A DNA stretch of 64,000 bases. Origin: Chloroflexota bacterium (lineage in GTDB: Bacteria > Chloroflexota > Limnocylindria > Limnocylindrales > CSP1-4). A program made the position numbers and the translations under genes. Below are positions 60,024 to 64,000 of this stretch, in pieces. The notes under the pieces were generated by a model. That model worked only from the letters and a program-made list of their open reading frames with translations. It made no database searches and had not been told where the DNA came from. The stretch is taken from positions 10,757 to 74,756 of the forward strand of contig JBBIIL010000003.1 of the NCBI GenBank assembly GCA_037446495.1, given 5' to 3'. Numbering within the stretch: the stretch's first letter is position 1; the number at the start of each line of letters is the position of its first letter.

Positions 60024-61400
60024 CTACGACGACACCTCCCCGGGCATCTTGTGGCGAGACTTCTTGACGACCGCGGCACCCGCCACGACCGGTGCGGCAC
60101 CAGCCTCGGATGCGGCTTCCCGGTCGGTTGGGGCTTCCAATTCGACCGGCGCGGACATCGCGTGCACAGCCTTCTTGCGGGGCTTGGCCGTGGGTCCCTC
60201 GCCCTCGGGCGAAGGTCCCTGGACAGCCTCGACGGGCTCTGCCGCGACCTCGACCTCCGCACTCGGCGCCTCGACGGCGGCGATCGCCTGTGTGGCGGCA
60301 GACGGGTCGGGCGGGGCCTCGGCGATGGGTGCCTCGGCGGCCGCGATCGCGACACGGACTGCCTCGGCGGCGGCCACGTCGCTGCGGATGTCGATGCGCC
60401 AGCCGGTGAGCCGCGCGGCGAGCCGGGCGTTCTGCCCCTCGCGGCCGATCGCGAGCGAGAGCATGCGCTCGGGCACGGTCACGCTCGCGATCCGGTGCTC
60501 CTCGTCGATGGCAACGCCAATCACCTGCGCGGGCGAGAGCGCGTTGGCCACGAACACGCTCGGGTCCTCGCTCCACGGAACGACGTCGATCTTCTCGCCG
60601 GCCAGCTCGGCGACCACCGCCTGGACGCGCGCCCCCCGCTGGCCGACCGTGGCGCCGACCGGGTCAAGCCCGTCCTGGCGCGACGCGACGGCGACCTTGC
60701 TGCGGCTGCCGGCCTCGCGGGCGATCTGCTTGATCTCGACCGTGCCGCTGTGGATCTCGGGCACCTCGAGCTCGAACAGGCGGCGCAGGAAGCCTTTGTG
60801 CGTCCGCGACACCATGATCTGCGGGCCGCGGGCTGAGCGCTTGACCTCGAGCACGAACGCCTTGACCGGCTGGCCGATTCGATAGTGCTCGAGTGGGCTC
60901 TGCTCGCTGGTGCTGAGGAATGCCTCGACGCCCTTGCCCACGTCCAGCACGATCGCACGGGGCTCCACGCGGCTCACGGAGCCGGTCATGAGCTCGCCCT
61001 CGCGGCTTGCGAACTGGTCGAAGACCTGGTCCCGCTCGACCTCGCGGATGCGCTGCAGGATGATCTGCTTGGCGGTCTGGGCACCGATGCGGCCGAAGTG
61101 CTCGCCGTCGAGCTGCTCGATCTCCAGGACCTCGCCGGCACGCGCGTCGGGCTTGCTCTGGCGGGCTGCCTCGACGCTCACCTCGAGCTCGGGGTCCTCC
61201 ACCTCGTCCACCACGTGGCGGCCGCGGAACACATCGATTCGGCCGCTGTCCGCCTCGACGCGGACGAAGATGTCCTCCTCGCCGGAGACGCGGCGGTACG
61301 CCTGCTGGATCCCGTCCTCGAGCGCATGCACCAGAGCTTCGCGGGGGACCTGCTTCTCGGCGTTGAGCTGGAGGAGCGCTGTGACGAAGTCGCGGCTCAC
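60024..61400 (-). CDS. nusA: transcription termination/antitermination factor NusA
   Basis: NTD, S1 and KH1/KH2 domains: [35 protein letters not shown]...[16 protein letters not shown]...[22 protein letters not shown]. Ala/Glu-rich C-terminal tail. Confidence 0.9.
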   Translation of the reverse strand: MSRDFVTALLQLNAEKQVPREALVHALEDGIQQAYRRVSGEEDIFVRVEADSGRIDVFRGRHVVDEVEDPELEVSVEAARQSKPDARAGEVLEIEQLDGEHFGRIGAQTAKQIILQRIREVERDQVFDQFASREGELMTGSVSRVEPRAIVLDVGKGVEAFLSTSEQSPLEHYRIGQPVKAFVLEVKRSARGPQIMVSRTHKGFLRRLFELEVPEIHSGTVEIKQIAREAGSRSKVAVASRQDGLDPVGATVGQRGARVQAVVAELAGEKIDVVPWSEDPSVFVANALSPAQVIGVAIDEEHRIASVTVPERMLSLAIGREGQNARLAARLTGWRIDIRSDVAAAEAVRVAIAAAEAPIAEAPPDPSAATQAIAAVEAPSAEVEVAAEPVEAVQGPSPEGEGPTAKPRKKAVHAMSAPVELEAPTDREAASEAGAAPVVAGAAVVKKSRHKMPGEVSS

Positions 61401-61452
61401 GTAGCGCTTCCCTCCTCTGCCCCATCACGGCGGGACCACCTCGACACAAAGA

Positions 61453-61475
61453 AACGTGGGCTGGTCACCCACGTT
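61453..61475. promoter_or_regulatory. perfect 8-bp stem / 7-nt loop hairpin in the nusA-upstream intergenic region
   Basis: aacgtggg ctggtca cccacgtt. It lies 53 bp upstream of the nusA start and 215 bp upstream of the plus-strand lipoprotein gene. Confidence 0.35.
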
Positions 61476-61689
61476 CCGAGGCGGCCCTCATTAGTTGCGG
61501 GAAGTATACACCCGGGGGCGTGGACCGCCATGCGGGCACGCTCGGATCCCGGTCCCTCCACACCGCCATCCAGGCATCGACGCTGACCTCTCAGCGTAGG
61601 GAATCACCCGATGCCCCTCAGGGGGAGACCGCCGTAGCGTTCGTGATGCGGGCACCCGCCCGCTCCGACCAGAGCACGAGCGAGGTGGC

Positions 61690-63291
61690 ATGCGCCCTGC
61701 ACTCCTTCGCCAAGGTGGCGGCGCTCGCCTCTCGATCGTGCTCGCGGCCGCAGTGGTGACCGCATGCGGCCCGGCCACCCCCGTGCCGTCCATCGCCGTC
61801 GGCGGCGCCAGCTCCCCGGTCGCCGCGGAGGCATCCCCCGCCGCGGCGACCGGTAGCCTCCCTCCGGGCTCGAGCCCCGCGCTCACGCCCGACCAAGCCC
61901 TCGCGCTCTACGGTGGCGGGGCCACGAAGGACACCTCGATCACCTATCAGCCCGATGTGGTGTTCATCACCGGCGGCCCGTCGATCGTGCGCTCGGCAAG
62001 TGCGAACGGGCTGACCTGGGCGATCGACCGGAACGCCCCGGGCGCCGCGGACCTCGCCGTGGGCTCCGTGATGGTGGCCACGAGCCTCGCTGCCGGGCGC
62101 GTCGTGGCCATCACGGACGAGGGTGACAGCCGGGTGGTCACGATCGCGCCGATCGAGCTGACCGACATCGTCAAGGACGGGTCGCTCCAGGCAAGCCAGG
62201 GCCTCGACTTCGCGGGCGCCACGTACCGCCAGCTGCCGGCCGACTTCCCGGCCATCCTGCCCAACGACCCGTCGCCCTCCCCCAGCCCGAGCGGCGGCGC
62301 CGACACCACCGCGCCCGGCGAGACCCTCGCCTTCACACTGCCCGCGATCCGGCTGGCCTCGGCGCGGATGCCGGGTGCCGGCTCGTCGGACACGCCGCCC
62401 AACGGGTCGTCGGGCGGCCAGCTCTCCTGGCCGGTCAAGCTGTGCCCGGACATCGGCATCGGCGAGTGGTCGGTCAAGGCCTGCGCCGAGGGCGACGGGC
62501 TGACCATCAGCGTGGACGCCAAGCCTGACCAGAAGCTCAAGGTCGGGTTCTCCGTCAAGCTGTACGCCAAGAATCTGCGCGCCGACGCCGGAACGGTCAT
62601 CAAGGACGGCCAAGTCGTGGACTCCGGCGGCTGGCTCGACGGGCTCGATGGCGTGCAGGTCAAGGTCTACGGCGGCGCCAAGGACGGCGCCCAGGACAAC
62701 ACCAAGCTCAAGTTCGAGGTGCCGGTCGAAATCGACGAGCCCGGGCCGCCGGTCGCGGGCATCCCCACCCGCCTGCGGCTCGAGGCGAAGCTCACCATCG
62801 AGACGGCGTTCTCCGGCAAGAACTCCACGCTGAGCTCGTCGGCCGACTACAAGCTCGACGGACCCATCGGCGTCCAGAACGGCCAGCCCGACGCGCCGAA
62901 GGTGTCGGTGCTCTCGAGCATCCTCGACAACATGACCGGCATCGCCCTGGGCGCGAGCGGGATCATCTTCGGCATCAAGTGGAAGTTCCAGTGGGGCGTG
63001 GGCATCCCAGGGTTCGTGGCCGGCCCGTACGGGACGCTGACCATGGTGTTCAGCATCGGCCGGGGCTCGGTCATCGGAACGCCGATCGCAGACTGCAAGG
63101 GGGCGACCTTCGACATATCCGCCGGCGCCGGTCTCGGCCTGGCGTTGGACCCCAGCCGGATCGCCTGGCTCGCCCAGATCGACAGCGTGTTCACCAAGTA
63201 CGTCAAGGCGAAGGTCGAGGAGGACATCGTGAAGTACACCCTCGTGAGCATCAAGGCGGTGCAGCCCGATGTGCCGATATGCCGTGGTTGA
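61690..63291 (+). CDS. hypothetical secreted lipoprotein (533 aa)
   Basis: Signal/lipobox LSIVLAAAVVTACGP. No recognised catalytic motifs. Beta-rich composition with an SPSPSPS linker. Confidence 0.55.
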   Translation: MRPALLRQGGGARLSIVLAAAVVTACGPATPVPSIAVGGASSPVAAEASPAAATGSLPPGSSPALTPDQALALYGGGATKDTSITYQPDVVFITGGPSIVRSASANGLTWAIDRNAPGAADLAVGSVMVATSLAAGRVVAITDEGDSRVVTIAPIELTDIVKDGSLQASQGLDFAGATYRQLPADFPAILPNDPSPSPSPSGGADTTAPGETLAFTLPAIRLASARMPGAGSSDTPPNGSSGGQLSWPVKLCPDIGIGEWSVKACAEGDGLTISVDAKPDQKLKVGFSVKLYAKNLRADAGTVIKDGQVVDSGGWLDGLDGVQVKVYGGAKDGAQDNTKLKFEVPVEIDEPGPPVAGIPTRLRLEAKLTIETAFSGKNSTLSSSADYKLDGPIGVQNGQPDAPKVSVLSSILDNMTGIALGASGIIFGIKWKFQWGVGIPGFVAGPYGTLTMVFSIGRGSVIGTPIADCKGATFDISAGAGLGLALDPSRIAWLAQIDSVFTKYVKAKVEEDIVKYTLVSIKAVQPDVPICRG

Positions 63292-63874
63292 GCCGCAGAA
63301 CCCGCGACGGGCCGTGCTGGCGGGTGCCATCGCCCTGCTCGTCGCCGCGTGTGGCGGGGGCGGCGCGACACCGGCCTCCGCGATCGCCCTCACCGGGTCC
63401 TCCCCGTCTCCGACGGCCCTCACCGCCTCCATCCAGTCATCGCTGGCCCCGCCGGCAGGAAGCCCGTCGGACGCCCCGGCAGGCACGCCGACGCCCGCAC
63501 CCGTGGACCCCTGCTCGCTGGTCACCCGCGCCGAGGCCAACGCCGTCGCGGGCGTGCAGACGCTGCCGCCCGAGCCGGCAGGCGACCCGCCCACCCGCTG
63601 CGTCTGGGCGACGCCGACGAACGGCGCGATCGGCCAAGTCGAGCTGGACATCGGCGACGGCGCGAAGAAGGCGTACGACATCGACAACACCGTGCTCAAG
63701 CACGCGTTCAAGCCGATTTCAGGGCTGGGCAACGAGGCATACGCCGAGGACGGGTCGGTGTTCTTCCGGAAGGGCGACACGTGGATCGGGATCCACATCG
63801 TCCGGCTCGACGACTCGAAGCTCTGGATGCCCAAGCTCATTGCGCTCGCCATGACGGTGGCCGGCCGGATCTGA
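63284..63874 (+). CDS. DUF3558-like lipoprotein
   Basis: Lipobox IALLVAACGG, then a Pro/Ala/Ser linker and a two-Cys pattern (PCSLVTRAEANAVAG...PTRCVWAT) typical of actinobacterial DUF3558 lipoproteins. Its start overlaps the stop of the upstream lipoprotein. Confidence 0.5.
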   Translation: MVEPQNPRRAVLAGAIALLVAACGGGGATPASAIALTGSSPSPTALTASIQSSLAPPAGSPSDAPAGTPTPAPVDPCSLVTRAEANAVAGVQTLPPEPAGDPPTRCVWATPTNGAIGQVELDIGDGAKKAYDIDNTVLKHAFKPISGLGNEAYAEDGSVFFRKGDTWIGIHIVRLDDSKLWMPKLIALAMTVAGRI

Positions 63875-64000
63875 CACCGGCTCAGGCGGGCTTCGTGACG
63901 CACGCCCGGTGGCCCTCCGCAGGTGGGTCGGCAGCGACGACCCAGGTGAGCTCCCAGGATGCCGTGCTTGCTGGGATCACGGGTGGCATCGGGCAGGGTG

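Noticed and set aside
63880-64000. A possible 3' end of a convergent minus-strand gene at the right window edge.
   Set aside because: Only about 110 bp are available. No motif is recognisable and no stop or start context could be established, so I did not call it.

Overview
This 64 kb window is a densely coding chromosomal segment with very high GC (roughly 70%), of Actinobacteria/Terrabacteria-like type. Because of the GC content, most long antisense ORFs in the six-frame track are Arg/Gly/Pro-rich artefacts. Gene order from left to right is as follows. (1) A PIN/VapC fragment, a frameshifted LLM-oxidoreductase pseudogene, a PLP transsulfuration enzyme, an ACP-like small protein, rocD and a VanW protein. 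(2) A minus-strand operon of S1C protease, MoxR, DUF58 and two VWA proteins (BatA/BatB-like). (3) A Cys-repeat lipoprotein. (4) A complete AmmeMemoRadiSam triad (AMMECR1, radical SAM, Memo). (5) A GH18 lipoprotein. (6) An ECF transporter (S, fused A1A2, T) with a 640-bp leader carrying 3 tandem G-rich repeats. (7) A methyltransferase, two MFS transporters, DUF952, a TPP enzyme with a repeat-containing acidic N-terminal extension, YajQ, NTF2-like, and a Mur-ligase paralog with cinA, rodZ, ftsK and rnj in one operon. (8) udg(family 4)-asd, then LysR. (9) A 2.3-kb insertion carrying a BBE-like FAD oxidoreductase and a Crp/Fnr regulator, flanked by 172-bp imperfect direct repeats that duplicate the pnp 3' end. 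(10) pnp-rpsO. (11) A xylose utilisation cluster (Gfo/Idh/MocA, ROK regulator, xylF/H/ATPase, xylB, xylA) inserted between rpsO and the ribF-truB-nrnA-rbfA-infB-ylxR-nusA block. (12) Two lipoproteins. The most unusual observation is that the PNPase gene encodes an approximately 160-aa DEDDh (DnaQ-like) 3'-5' exonuclease domain inserted inside its alpha-helical domain. No rRNA, tRNA or CRISPR was detected by eye.
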